Positions 9,854 through 18,536 of a stretch of 64,000 nucleotides of DNA are shown piece after piece. The notes under the pieces are model-generated. The model saw only the letters and a list, made by a program, of their open reading frames with translations, had not been told where the DNA came from and ran no database searches. Positions within the stretch are counted from its first letter, which is position 1. Each line of letters begins with the position of its first letter. The position numbers and the translations under genes were made by a program. Source of the DNA: Dehalococcoidia bacterium (GTDB lineage: Bacteria; Chloroflexota; Dehalococcoidia; Lucifugimonadales; Australimonadaceae); assembly GCA_965116015.1 (NCBI GenBank), contig OZ220477.1, positions 985,076 to 1,049,075 on the forward strand. The letters are read 5' to 3'.

Positions 9854-10663
9854 TTACTCCAGGAGGAACTGCCGAACGGCGGAGACGTACGCGTCCGGCT
9901 GTTCGAGGTGGACCCAGTGGCCGCCGCCAGCAATCTCTACGAGCCGGCAGTTCGGAAGCTCCTGCTCCATACGCAGAGCGACTTCGCGGCGCAGCAGCGT
10001 GCTGTCCGCGCCGCGGACGATGAGGGTGGGCGCGCCGACGCTGGGCAAGCTCTCCCACACGTCGGGGCGGTCGTACTGAGTCACGACATCGCGGCTGCGC
10101 TTCCACGTGTAGCCGCCGTTGCCGGTTGGTCTGGCCAGCGCGGCGGCGTTCCTGCGCAGCTCCTCGTCGCTTGCGTTCGGCTGACGGGAGCGCAAACGCT
10201 CCACTACGGATTCGAAATCGGGGTAGTTGTCGGATTCGCCCTTGTAGCGGGAGATCATGGCGACAGAGCCGGGGTTGTAGGAGTCTGGGTCCATATCGGT
10301 AATCACGAGGCGGGACGCGGCCTCCGGATGCTGGGCGATGCACATCCACGCGTTCTTGCTGCCCGCCGAGTGGCCGATGAGGGTTGCGCCGGCGAGGCCG
10401 AGCTCGTCGATGACCGCGTTCGTCTCGGCCACGTAATCGGCCAGGCGGTAGGATTCCGCGCGGGGGCTGTCGCCGTGCCCCCGGTGGTCGAGCGCGACGA
10501 CGTGGAAATCGCCGCGCATCGACTCCGCGAATGTGGCCCAGAGCGCTGCGGAGTCTTGGAGTCCGTGCAGGAGCAGGAGATGCGGAGCGTCGGGGTTGCC
10601 CCAGTCGAGGTAGTGCAGATCGAGGCCGTGGGCGCGAACGGAGCCGTCGGTTGGAGTGGTCAT
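9854..10663 (-). CDS. alpha/beta-fold hydrolase
   Basis: LLLHG, DHRGHGDS, GHSAG nucleophile elbow, GHWVHLEQP. Confidence 0.9.
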   Translation of the reverse strand: MTTPTDGSVRAHGLDLHYLDWGNPDAPHLLLLHGLQDSAALWATFAESMRGDFHVVALDHRGHGDSPRAESYRLADYVAETNAVIDELGLAGATLIGHSAGSKNAWMCIAQHPEAASRLVITDMDPDSYNPGSVAMISRYKGESDNYPDFESVVERLRSRQPNASDEELRRNAAALARPTGNGGYTWKRSRDVVTQYDRPDVWESLPSVGAPTLIVRGADSTLLRREVALRMEQELPNCRLVEIAGGGHWVHLEQPDAYVSAVRQFLLE

Positions 10664-10700
10664 AGGGGCGTCTTTCCGGCGCCCTGGTTGGGCGTGCGAG

Positions 10701-10730
10701 AGCGTAGAGGCGCGCCAAGTGCCGCGTCAA
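10701..10730 (-). promoter_or_regulatory. putative sigma70-type promoter for the hydrolase/LLM/cox operon
   Basis: TTGACG-18nt-TACGCT on the minus strand upstream of 10663. Confidence 0.4.
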
Positions 10731-10922
10731 CCGCGCGAGAAACGGAACAAGCCGTCCAGCGCAGAACATCTGATGTCTGTGCGCTCCTCAGCAAGCTGAC
10801 GCCCTGGCGGCGCAAAGCGATGCACGGCTTAGGCAAGCTGGAGAGTTCCGACGCCAACTGGCCAAGCAATTCCAGCGAGTCCGGGTTGGCCCGGACTCGC
10901 CCATTCGCCGCGTAGTCGCAGT

Positions 10923-12008
10923 TCACACTACGGTTATCGGATGCGGCGCGGCGGCCCAGAACTCGTATCCGCGCTCGTTCCACTTCATCGTTTCGGGCTC
11001 TGGTTGCGTGTTTCCGGCGGTGTCGGTGGCGCGCATCGTAATGGCGTGCTCGCCCTTCGGCGCATCCCAGATGAACTCCCACCGGCAGCCGCCAAGCGGG
11101 ATGTTGGGCTCCTGTATGATCGCCTCGGCCCATGTCTTGCCGCCGTCGAGGCTGTACTCGACCATGCTAATGGCGCCGTGACCCGACCAGGCGTAGCCGC
11201 GAATGGCTTGCTCGCCCGCCTGCAACGTCGCCGGCCAGGCCAGCGCGATGCCGGAGCGCACGGGCGTTGTCGTGAGGACAGGGCCCCACGCCGGCGGCTC
11301 CGCGGGGAAGCCGGGACCTTCGAGCACATACTCTTCCGTGTTCCGCATCACGTGGATGGGCTCTTCGGCCACGTGTATCTTGCCGACCCACTTGATGCTG
11401 TTGACGCCCACCCATCCGGGGACGACGACTCTGGCGGGGTAGCCGTGGTCGGGAGGAAGCACGTCGCCGTTCATTGCGTAAGCGACGATAGTGTCGGGCT
11501 CCATTGCTTTGGCGACGGACATCGGGCGCTCGACTGCCGCCTTGTCGAGCCCGGTGGGCATCACGTCGACGGCTGAGGGCTTGAGTCCGGCGCGCTGGAG
11601 GATCTCGCGCAGCGGCGCGCCGGTCCACTCCGCGACGGCGTAGGAGCCGTAGCGCCAGGGCCGCCCCTTCGGCATCTTCCCCTGATATTCCTTGAAGAAG
11701 ATGCGTCCGTTGCCCGCGCACTCGATGAACCGCGTCGCTGTCGTCGACGGCATTCGCAGCAGTTCGTCGTAACTGATGCTCAGGGGGTTCTCGACGCCGG
11801 GGCCTTCGACGCTGAGCGTCCACGTTGCGGCGTCGATGATGGGGGTCGGGCCGTGGTTGCGAATGTAGAAGAGCGAAGCGGGCGTCAGATAGCCCCGCCC
11901 GTACAGCTGCTCCCACCGCGTCTCAACGCACACGTCGTGGTGAAAGAACATCTCGTCCGGCGTCGGCTTCACGTGCGTGCCGGGAGGCGTAGGGTTCTGC
12001 TGGGTCAT
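10923..12008 (-). CDS. sulfite oxidase-family molybdoenzyme (Moco plus dimerisation domain), no obvious Tat signal
   Basis: FYIRNH, ECAGNGR (Mo-ligand Cys), EWTG, AYAMNG..LPPDHGYPARVVVPGWVG..SIKW, VEYSLDGG.TW, RATD.AGNTQP; AAGGAG RBS. Confidence 0.9.
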   Translation of the reverse strand: MTQQNPTPPGTHVKPTPDEMFFHHDVCVETRWEQLYGRGYLTPASLFYIRNHGPTPIIDAATWTLSVEGPGVENPLSISYDELLRMPSTTATRFIECAGNGRIFFKEYQGKMPKGRPWRYGSYAVAEWTGAPLREILQRAGLKPSAVDVMPTGLDKAAVERPMSVAKAMEPDTIVAYAMNGDVLPPDHGYPARVVVPGWVGVNSIKWVGKIHVAEEPIHVMRNTEEYVLEGPGFPAEPPAWGPVLTTTPVRSGIALAWPATLQAGEQAIRGYAWSGHGAISMVEYSLDGGKTWAEAIIQEPNIPLGGCRWEFIWDAPKGEHAITMRATDTAGNTQPEPETMKWNERGYEFWAAAPHPITVV

Positions 12009-12043
12009 ACGGCGCTCCTTCTCACCGTCCGCATCGGGGGCAT

Positions 12044-12077
12044 AAAGAAACCCCGCAGCGCGCTGGGCGCTACGGGG
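12044..12077 (-). terminator. intrinsic terminator (attenuator) in the leader of the sulfite oxidase-like gene
   Basis: Minus strand CCCCGTAGCGC-CCAGC-GCGCTGCGGGG-TTTCTTT: 11-bp stem with one G-U pair followed by a U-rich tract, 36 nt before the gene start. Confidence 0.8.
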
Positions 12078-12147
12078 CGATGGCGAGCAAGATTGCGCGA
12101 GGCGCGCAACACGCCGAGCAGCAACAGGAACAACACGCGCACGCCAT
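12070..12147 (-). CDS. cysteine-rich leader peptide (25 aa)
   Basis: GGAGG, 5 nt, ATG; translates MACACCSCCCSACCAPRAILLAIAP*, 8 Cys in the first 14 codons; stop lies inside the terminator 5' arm. Confidence 0.78.
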   Translation of the reverse strand: MACACCSCCCSACCAPRAILLAIAP

Positions 12148-12182
12148 CGGACCCTCCGAACGCAAGGACTTGGGATGCGCGG

Positions 12183-12211
12183 ACTCTACGACGCAGCGCG
12201 GAGGGCGTCAA
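12183..12211 (-). promoter_or_regulatory. sigma70-type promoter for the Cys leader/sulfite oxidase unit
   Basis: TTGACG-17nt-TAGAGT on the minus strand, about 35 nt upstream of the leader ATG. Confidence 0.6.
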
Positions 12212-12286
12212 CTACGCCTGTCGCGCTCCAGGAGCCGCTCGCCGCTTGCCCCGTGGGCTGCGCGCGGATAGCATCCTTGCGCAGTT

Positions 12287-13150
12287 ATGAAGCCATTCCT
12301 CTTGCACGAGCCGACCACTATCGACGAGGCGGTTGGGCTGCTCGCTGAGGGCGACGGCGACGCCAAGATCTACGCCGGCGGCACGGAACTGCTGCTGGCG
12401 ATGAAAGCCGGCGTGCTCCAGTGCGCCTCCCTCGTCAACGTCAAGACGATTCCCGGCCTGGATTGCATCGGGGTCGAGGATGGCGAACTCGTTATCGGCG
12501 CAGCTGCGACCCACAGCGCGATAGAGCACAGCCCAGCCGTTCAGGAGCAGCTGCCGCTGCTGTGCGAGGTGGAGCGACGCGTCGCCAACGTGCGCGTCCG
12601 CAACGTGGGGACGCTTGCGGGCAACCTCTGCTTCGCCGACCCGCACTCCGACCCCGCCACGCTGCTGCTCGCGCTCGAGGCGACGCTCACGGCGGCAGGA
12701 CCGCAGGGAGCGCGCCAGGTCGCCATCGCCGATCTGCAGCTCGGCGCCTACGAGACCTCCCTCGGCGAGGACGAGCTGATCGTCGATGTTCGCATCCCTC
12801 TCCCATCCGCCAGCACGCGGACGGCGTACCTGAAGTTCGGGCATCACCACCGCCCGACTCTGGGGGTGGCCGCCGCGCTCGACGTAGAGGGCGACGTGAT
12901 CGCCGACGCGCGGCTCGCGCTCGGGTGCGTGGGGCCTGTCGCCTCGCGATTGACGCGCTCGGAGCAGGCGCTGCGCGGCGCGCGCGCGAGCGCGCTCGAC
13001 GCTGGGTCGGCGCCGCTGCGGGAGGCGGCGTCCCTCGCAAGGGAAGACGCCGAGGCCATCGACGATCTCCACGGCTCGGCGGAGTACAAGGAACATCTAA
13101 CGGGCGTGTTTGTGGAGCGCGCAATCCTCAGCGCGCTGATGCGGCGCTAA
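12287..13150 (+). CDS. CoxM-like FAD-binding subunit
   Basis: YAGGTELL, VRNVGTLAGNLC.ADP.SD, DDLHGSAEYK. Confidence 0.9.
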   Translation: MKPFLLHEPTTIDEAVGLLAEGDGDAKIYAGGTELLLAMKAGVLQCASLVNVKTIPGLDCIGVEDGELVIGAAATHSAIEHSPAVQEQLPLLCEVERRVANVRVRNVGTLAGNLCFADPHSDPATLLLALEATLTAAGPQGARQVAIADLQLGAYETSLGEDELIVDVRIPLPSASTRTAYLKFGHHHRPTLGVAAALDVEGDVIADARLALGCVGPVASRLTRSEQALRGARASALDAGSAPLREAASLAREDAEAIDDLHGSAEYKEHLTGVFVERAILSALMRR

Positions 13151-13179
13151 TGCGATGAGGGACAGGGAAGGAGCATAGC

Positions 13180-13668
13180 TTGAACGGATCGGAACGCGGC
13201 GTCGCTATCGCATTCGAACTGAACGGGCGCCCGGTGGAGACAGTCGTTGCGCCGGAGACTGCGCTCATCGATATGCTGCGCGACGAGTTCGAGCTGCGCG
13301 GAGCCAAACGCTCCTGCGATATGCAGGTGTGCGGCGCATGCACGGCGCTGCTCAACGGGAAGCCTGTAAGCGCCTGCACCGTGCCTGCGTTCGAGGCGCG
13401 CGGCGCGTCTGTCCTCACCGTTGAGGGTCTGGCCGCAGACGAGGGTTCGCGCCCGCTGTTGGAGGCGTTCGTCGACTGCGCAGCGTTCCAGTGCGGGTAC
13501 TGTACGCCCGGGATGCTGCTCACCGCGAAATCGCTGCTCGACGCGCGCCCTCGCGCGTCGGAGGACGATGTCAAGGACTATATGAACGGCAATCTGTGCA
13601 GGTGCACAGGCTACAAGAAGATTGTCGAGGCCGTGCTGCAGGCGGCGGGAGGAGCGGGAGGAGGATGA
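13180..13668 (+). CDS. CoxS-like [2Fe-2S] subunit
   Basis: CDMQVCGACT, QCGYCTPG, NLCRCTGY. Confidence 0.9.
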   Translation: MNGSERGVAIAFELNGRPVETVVAPETALIDMLRDEFELRGAKRSCDMQVCGACTALLNGKPVSACTVPAFEARGASVLTVEGLAADEGSRPLLEAFVDCAAFQCGYCTPGMLLTAKSLLDARPRASEDDVKDYMNGNLCRCTGYKKIVEAVLQAAGGAGGG

Positions 13669-15920
13669 CCAGCGAGCCCAATCCCGGCGGAATCGAGCGC
13701 GCCTTTCGCACTGTGGGGCAAGCTGTCCGGCGCGTCGACGCCGACGACAAGCTGTCGGGCCGGGCGCAGTTCACTGGCGATTTGCAGATTGCAGGGATGG
13801 CCTACGCCAAGCTCGTGACCAGCCCCCTGCCGCATGCGCGGATCGTGAGCATCGACGCAAGCGCCGCGAGAGCGCTCCCGGGCGTCTATGCGGCGCTCAC
13901 CGCAGCCGAACTCGTCGGAATGGAAACGCACTACGGCTCCGACAAGAAGGATCGGCCGGTGGTCGCCATCGACAAGGCGCGATTCCAGGGCGAGCCGGTC
14001 GCAGCCGTCGCCGCGGTCGATCTTGCTACGGCGGAGGCCGCTGCTGAACTCGTGGAGGTGGAGTACGAGGAACTCCCCGTCGTGATGGACATCGCCGCGG
14101 CCCTCGACGCCGGAGCCGAGGCCATCCACGACTCGAATCTCTGTCATGAATACGGCTACGAGTGGGGAGATGTTGACGCCGCGTTCGCCTCGTGCGACCG
14201 GGTGTTCGAAGACACGTTCACGTTCCCGATGGTGTACCACTACGCGATGGAGCCGCACGCCTGCATTGCGAGCTACGAGCCTGACCGCATCCGGCTTTGG
14301 ACATCGGCGCAGCATCCGTTTCTCGTGCGGGCGGAGATCGCCCGGCTCTTCCGCCGTCAGCTCGACCAGGTGCAGGTTGTCTCGCCGTACGTGGGCGGGG
14401 GTTACGGCAGCAAGTCGTACACAAAAATCGAGCCGGTTGTCGTCGCGTTGAGCCGGGAAGCAGGGCGGCCGGTTCGCCTTGCGCTCACGGTCGAGGAGGC
14501 GATGCGCACAGTTCGGCGCCACGCCGCGAGGGCGACCATCCGAACCGGAGTTATGAACGACGGGGCGATCGTCGCGCGGGAGTGCGCGGCCTACGTCGAT
14601 ACTGGCGGCTACACCGACAACGGCGTGCGCGTTACGGAGCGCATCGCCGACCGAATGCCCGGGCCGTACAAGCTCGCCCACGTGCGGACGAGGTCGTACG
14701 GGGTGTTCACGAACACGACGCCGGCAGGCTCCTACCGCTCCATCGGCGGGCCCCAGGCCGTCTGGGCAGGGGAGTCGCAGATCGACATCATCGCGGACGC
14801 GCTGGGCATCGACCCGGTTGAACTGCGAATCAGGAATCTCGTCCCGCAGGGCGAGGAAGTGCGACGCGGCAAGCGGCCCATCGAGGGGAATCTGGAGCCG
14901 TCCTTGCGCCGCGTGGCCGAGGAGTTTGGTTGGGCAGGCTACGCGCCAGGGCCAACGCCCCCGGGCGTGAAGCGCGGCATCGGGTTCGCGTGCAGCGTCA
15001 CCAACTCAGGGGCCAGCCCGACCTCCACCGCCCTCGTTCGTCTCCACGCCGACGGCAGCGCGACGGTGTATATGGGGAGCGCCGAGATGGGGCAGGGCTC
15101 ACGCTCAGCAATGGCGCAGATCGCCGCCGAGGAGCTCCGCATTCCCTACGAAAAGGTGCGCGTAATCGCATCCGACACCGACGCTGTGCCGTTCGACCGT
15201 TCGACGGGGTCGAGCCGGTCGACGACGCTGATGGGACTTGCCGTGCACGACGCGGCGGTCGACGTGCGCGAGCAGGCGTTGCGGCTCGCCGCCGAGTATT
15301 TCGAGACGTTTCCAGAACAGCTGGAAGCCGAAGACGAGCAAGTGAAATTCCGGGGGGAGACGGTCACGTTCGGCGCTCTTATCCGTGATATGTTCGGCGG
15401 CTCCGGCGGCGAGCTCATCGGCAGGGGGTACGTTACGCCGAGACACGCGAGCGGCAAGCTGCGCATGGATCCCGTCTTCTGGGAGGTGAGCATCGGAGCC
15501 GCGGAGATTGAGGTCGACACCGCAACCGGCGAGCTGCGCATCCTGCGCTATTACTCCGCCGCCGACCCGGGAAAGGCGATCAATCCCAAGCAGGTCGAGG
15601 GGCAGGACGAGGGCGCCGCGATGCAGGCCATCGGCCACACGCTCTTCGAGGAGATGGTCTACGATGAAGGGCAGCTCCTCAATCCGAATATGATTGATTA
15701 CCGCGCCCCAACGTTCGCCGACTTGCCCGGGGTTTTCGAGACTGTCCTGATCGAGAATGGCGACGGGCCAGGGCCGTACGGAGCGAAAGGCGTCGGCGAG
15801 GGCGGCATTGTCGCCGTCGCGCCAGCTGTGGCGAACGCACTGTTCAACGCCACGGGAGCGCGTGTCAAGGATCTCCCGCTCACGCCTGAGCGCGTCTGGC
15901 GGGCGCTTCAGAGCCTGTAG
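13665..15920 (+). CDS. xanthine dehydrogenase-family molybdopterin large subunit (CoxL-like)
   Basis: ATGA overlap with the coxS-like stop, GGAGG RBS; YVGGGYGSK, loop GSYRSIGG, EMGQGS, GPYGAKGVGE. Confidence 0.9.
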   Translation: MTSEPNPGGIERAFRTVGQAVRRVDADDKLSGRAQFTGDLQIAGMAYAKLVTSPLPHARIVSIDASAARALPGVYAALTAAELVGMETHYGSDKKDRPVVAIDKARFQGEPVAAVAAVDLATAEAAAELVEVEYEELPVVMDIAAALDAGAEAIHDSNLCHEYGYEWGDVDAAFASCDRVFEDTFTFPMVYHYAMEPHACIASYEPDRIRLWTSAQHPFLVRAEIARLFRRQLDQVQVVSPYVGGGYGSKSYTKIEPVVVALSREAGRPVRLALTVEEAMRTVRRHAARATIRTGVMNDGAIVARECAAYVDTGGYTDNGVRVTERIADRMPGPYKLAHVRTRSYGVFTNTTPAGSYRSIGGPQAVWAGESQIDIIADALGIDPVELRIRNLVPQGEEVRRGKRPIEGNLEPSLRRVAEEFGWAGYAPGPTPPGVKRGIGFACSVTNSGASPTSTALVRLHADGSATVYMGSAEMGQGSRSAMAQIAAEELRIPYEKVRVIASDTDAVPFDRSTGSSRSTTLMGLAVHDAAVDVREQALRLAAEYFETFPEQLEAEDEQVKFRGETVTFGALIRDMFGGSGGELIGRGYVTPRHASGKLRMDPVFWEVSIGAAEIEVDTATGELRILRYYSAADPGKAINPKQVEGQDEGAAMQAIGHTLFEEMVYDEGQLLNPNMIDYRAPTFADLPGVFETVLIENGDGPGPYGAKGVGEGGIVAVAPAVANALFNATGARVKDLPLTPERVWRALQSL

Positions 15921-16013
15921 CCACTACCCTGCCCTACTTCTCGCAGAGCGCGAGACGCACACGACGCTCCCCCGATTCGGCAAGGGCGAGGCCGGCGTTG
16001 CGGGGCGTCATCG

Positions 16014-16224
16014 GCAGCCTTCTGGCGCGCGCGGGACTGCCGCCGACCGACTAGCCATAGCCGACCGAGTCGACGCAGCCTTCTGGCGCGCGCGGGACTG
16101 CCCCCACGCCCGCGATGACAGACCCCTGTCAGTCGTGCGCTCGCGCGCCACGCCAGAACTGCCCCCACGCCCGCGATGACAGACCCCACCCACGGGGCAG
16201 CCTTCTGGCGCGCGCGGGACTGCC
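16014..16224. repeat. 61-nt-period mosaic direct repeat
   Basis: GCAGCCTTCTGGCGCGCGCGGGACTGCC at 16014, 16075 and 16197; ACTGCCCCCACGCCCGCGATGACAGACCCC at 16097 and 16158. Confidence 0.85.
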
Positions 16225-16230
16225 GCGTCC

Positions 16231-16259
16231 TTGACAGTGGCTGTGGAGCAGTCTAGGCT
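16231..16259 (+). promoter_or_regulatory. sigma70-type promoter of the suf operon
   Basis: TTGACA-17nt-TAGGCT. Confidence 0.7.
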
Positions 16260-16284
16260 ATTGTTGACCCAATCAATCGACAAT
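16260..16284. promoter_or_regulatory. putative Rrf2 (IscR/SufR-type) operator
   Basis: AT-rich 25-mer ATTGTTGACCCAATCAATCGACAAT, an imperfect palindrome (ATTGTTGA...TCGACAAT) directly after the -10 box; resembles IscR type-1 sites. Confidence 0.55.
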
Positions 16285-16329
16285 TAGCAGACAGGCAGCG
16301 CCCTTGGCGCCGGAGCCGCTGGCATCACG

Positions 16330-17781
16330 ATGACAAACCGCGCCGTTCAAGAGATCGCCGGGCAGTCGTACCAGTACGGGTGGACGACCGATGTAGAGGT
16401 GGAGGCCGCCCCTCCCGGGTTGAGCGAGGATATCGTCCGCTGGATATCCGCCAAGAAGGGGGAGCCGGAATGGCTGCTGGAGTGGCGGCTCCGAGCGTAT
16501 CGCCATTTCATGCGCCTCCTGAGCGACGAGCGCTCGCCCACGTGGGCAAACATCGCGCACCCGCCCATCGACTACCAGGCTATCCAGTACTACGCAGCCC
16601 CGAAGCCGAAGCTCGAACTCGAGAGCCTCGACCAGGTTGACGAGGAGATTCTGCGAACGTACGAGAAGCTCGGCATTCCCCTCGAGGAGCAGAAGCGGCT
16701 CGCCGGCGTCGCCATCGACGCAATCTTCGACAGCGTGAGCGTGGCCACCACGGCGAAGGACACGCTCGCCAAGCACGGCATTCTCTTCTCCTCTGTTTCC
16801 GAGGCTGTGAAGGAGCATCCCGAGCTGGTGCGGAAGCACCTCGGCTCGGTCGTGCCCCACACAGACAACTTCTACGCGGCGCTCAATTCAGCGGTGTTCT
16901 CGGACGGTTCATTCGTCTACATCCCGCCGGGGGTGCGCTGCCCTCTTGAGCTGTCGACATACTTCCGCATCAACGCGGAGGGGTCCGGGCAGTTCGAGCG
17001 CACCCTTATCATTGCGGACAAGGGCTCGTACGTGAGCTACCTGGAAGGGTGCTCGGCTCCTATGCGCGACGAGAATCAGCTCCACGCCGCGGTCGTTGAG
17101 CTGGTGGCTCTCGACGACGCTGAGATCAAGTACTCGACGATTCAGAACTGGTATCCCGGCGACGAGAGCGGCAAGGGCGGCATCTACAACTTCGTCACCA
17201 AGCGCGGGAAGTGCGCGGGCGTCCGCTCCAAAATCTCCTGGACGCAGGTTGAGACCGGCTCGGCAATCACGTGGAAGTACCCAAGCGTTCTGCTGCAGGG
17301 CGACGGCTCCGTTGGAGAGTTCTATTCGGTCGCTCTCGCCAAGGGACGCCAGCAAGCGGACACCGGCACGAAGATGACGCACATCGGCAAGAACACCTCG
17401 AGCCGCATCATCTCCAAGGGCATCTCGGCGGGGCGCGGGAACAACACTTACCGCGGCCTCGTGAAAGCGCTTCCGGGCGCCGCCAACACGGTCAACTTTA
17501 CGCAATGCGACTCGCTGCTTATCGGCGATGAATGCGGGGCTCACACCGTTCCCTACATCGAAGTCGAGAACCCCACCGCAAGCGTGGAGCACGAGGCGTC
17601 GACGACAAAGGTGAGTGAAGACCAGATCTTCTACTGCCAACAGCGAGGTCTTAGCCGCGAAGACGCCCAGTCGATAATCGTCAACGGGTTCGTGAGGGAG
17701 GTTGTTCGCCGCCTGCCTCTTGAGTTCGCGGTGGAGGCGAACCGTCTGCTCGACCTGAACCTCGAAGGGACGGTGGGGTGA
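16330..17781 (+). CDS. sufB: Fe-S cluster assembly protein SufB
   Basis: [59 protein letters not shown]. Confidence 0.97.
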   Translation: MTNRAVQEIAGQSYQYGWTTDVEVEAAPPGLSEDIVRWISAKKGEPEWLLEWRLRAYRHFMRLLSDERSPTWANIAHPPIDYQAIQYYAAPKPKLELESLDQVDEEILRTYEKLGIPLEEQKRLAGVAIDAIFDSVSVATTAKDTLAKHGILFSSVSEAVKEHPELVRKHLGSVVPHTDNFYAALNSAVFSDGSFVYIPPGVRCPLELSTYFRINAEGSGQFERTLIIADKGSYVSYLEGCSAPMRDENQLHAAVVELVALDDAEIKYSTIQNWYPGDESGKGGIYNFVTKRGKCAGVRSKISWTQVETGSAITWKYPSVLLQGDGSVGEFYSVALAKGRQQADTGTKMTHIGKNTSSRIISKGISAGRGNNTYRGLVKALPGAANTVNFTQCDSLLIGDECGAHTVPYIEVENPTASVEHEASTTKVSEDQIFYCQQRGLSREDAQSIIVNGFVREVVRRLPLEFAVEANRLLDLNLEGTVG

Positions 17782-18533
17782 TGCTGGAAGTCCGGGGGCT
17801 CCGCGCCGAAGTCGGGGGAGTGGAGGCGCTGAAGGGCGTCGATCTCGTCGTGGGAACAGGCGAGACGCACGCCATTATGGGGCCGAACGGCTCGGGCAAG
17901 AGCACCCTAGCGTACGTGCTGGCCGGGCGTCCCGGCTACGGAGTCACAGCGGGATCGGCAACGTTCGACGGCGCCGACCTGCTCGCTATGCCCCCGGAGG
18001 AGCGCGCGCGCAGCGGGCTGTTCCTCTCGTTCCAGCATCCCATTGAGATCCCGGGCGTGCGCATGGATCACTTCCTCCGCGCCGGCTACAACGAGCTGAT
18101 GAAGAGCCGCGGCGGGGACGAGCTCGACCCGCTCAAGTTCGACCGCCTCATCCGCGCCAAGGCCAAGCTCGTTGAGATGGATCCGGCCCTCATCAAGCGC
18201 TCCGTGAACGAGGGGTTCTCCGGGGGCGAGAAGAAGCGAAACGAGGCGCTCCAGATGGCTATCCTCGAACCACGCCTGCGCATCCTCGACGAGATCGACT
18301 CCGGCCTCGACATCGACGCGCTCCGCGAGGTGTCGGCCAGCATCAGGGAGATGGCGGGGCCTGCAACGTCCACCATCGTCATCACCCACTACGAACGCCT
18401 CCTTGCTCACCTCCAACCGGACTACATCCATATCCTTGTAGATGGCCGCATCGTGCGATCCGGAGACATCTCTCTCGCCGCGGAGATCGAAGCCCGAGGC
18501 TACGACGGGGCCGACTCCCCCGTTAGCGCATAA
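17778..18533 (+). CDS. sufC: Fe-S cluster assembly ATPase SufC
   Basis: [40 protein letters not shown]. Confidence 0.97.
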   Translation: MMLEVRGLRAEVGGVEALKGVDLVVGTGETHAIMGPNGSGKSTLAYVLAGRPGYGVTAGSATFDGADLLAMPPEERARSGLFLSFQHPIEIPGVRMDHFLRAGYNELMKSRGGDELDPLKFDRLIRAKAKLVEMDPALIKRSVNEGFSGGEKKRNEALQMAILEPRLRILDEIDSGLDIDALREVSASIREMAGPATSTIVITHYERLLAHLQPDYIHILVDGRIVRSGDISLAAEIEARGYDGADSPVSA

Positions 18534-18536
18534 CCG

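Noticed and set aside
12005-12211. 68-aa track ORF overlapping the leader
   Set aside because: It starts on the -35 box and has no RBS; the 25-aa Cys ORF in another frame has an RBS and a coherent context.
5528-15920. Aerobic CO dehydrogenase (coxL)
   Set aside because: Neither large subunit has AYRCSFR or AYRGAGR.
16014-16224. CRISPR array
   Set aside because: Spacers 2 and 3 are largely identical, the third repeat is degenerate and there are no cas genes; kept only as a repeat.
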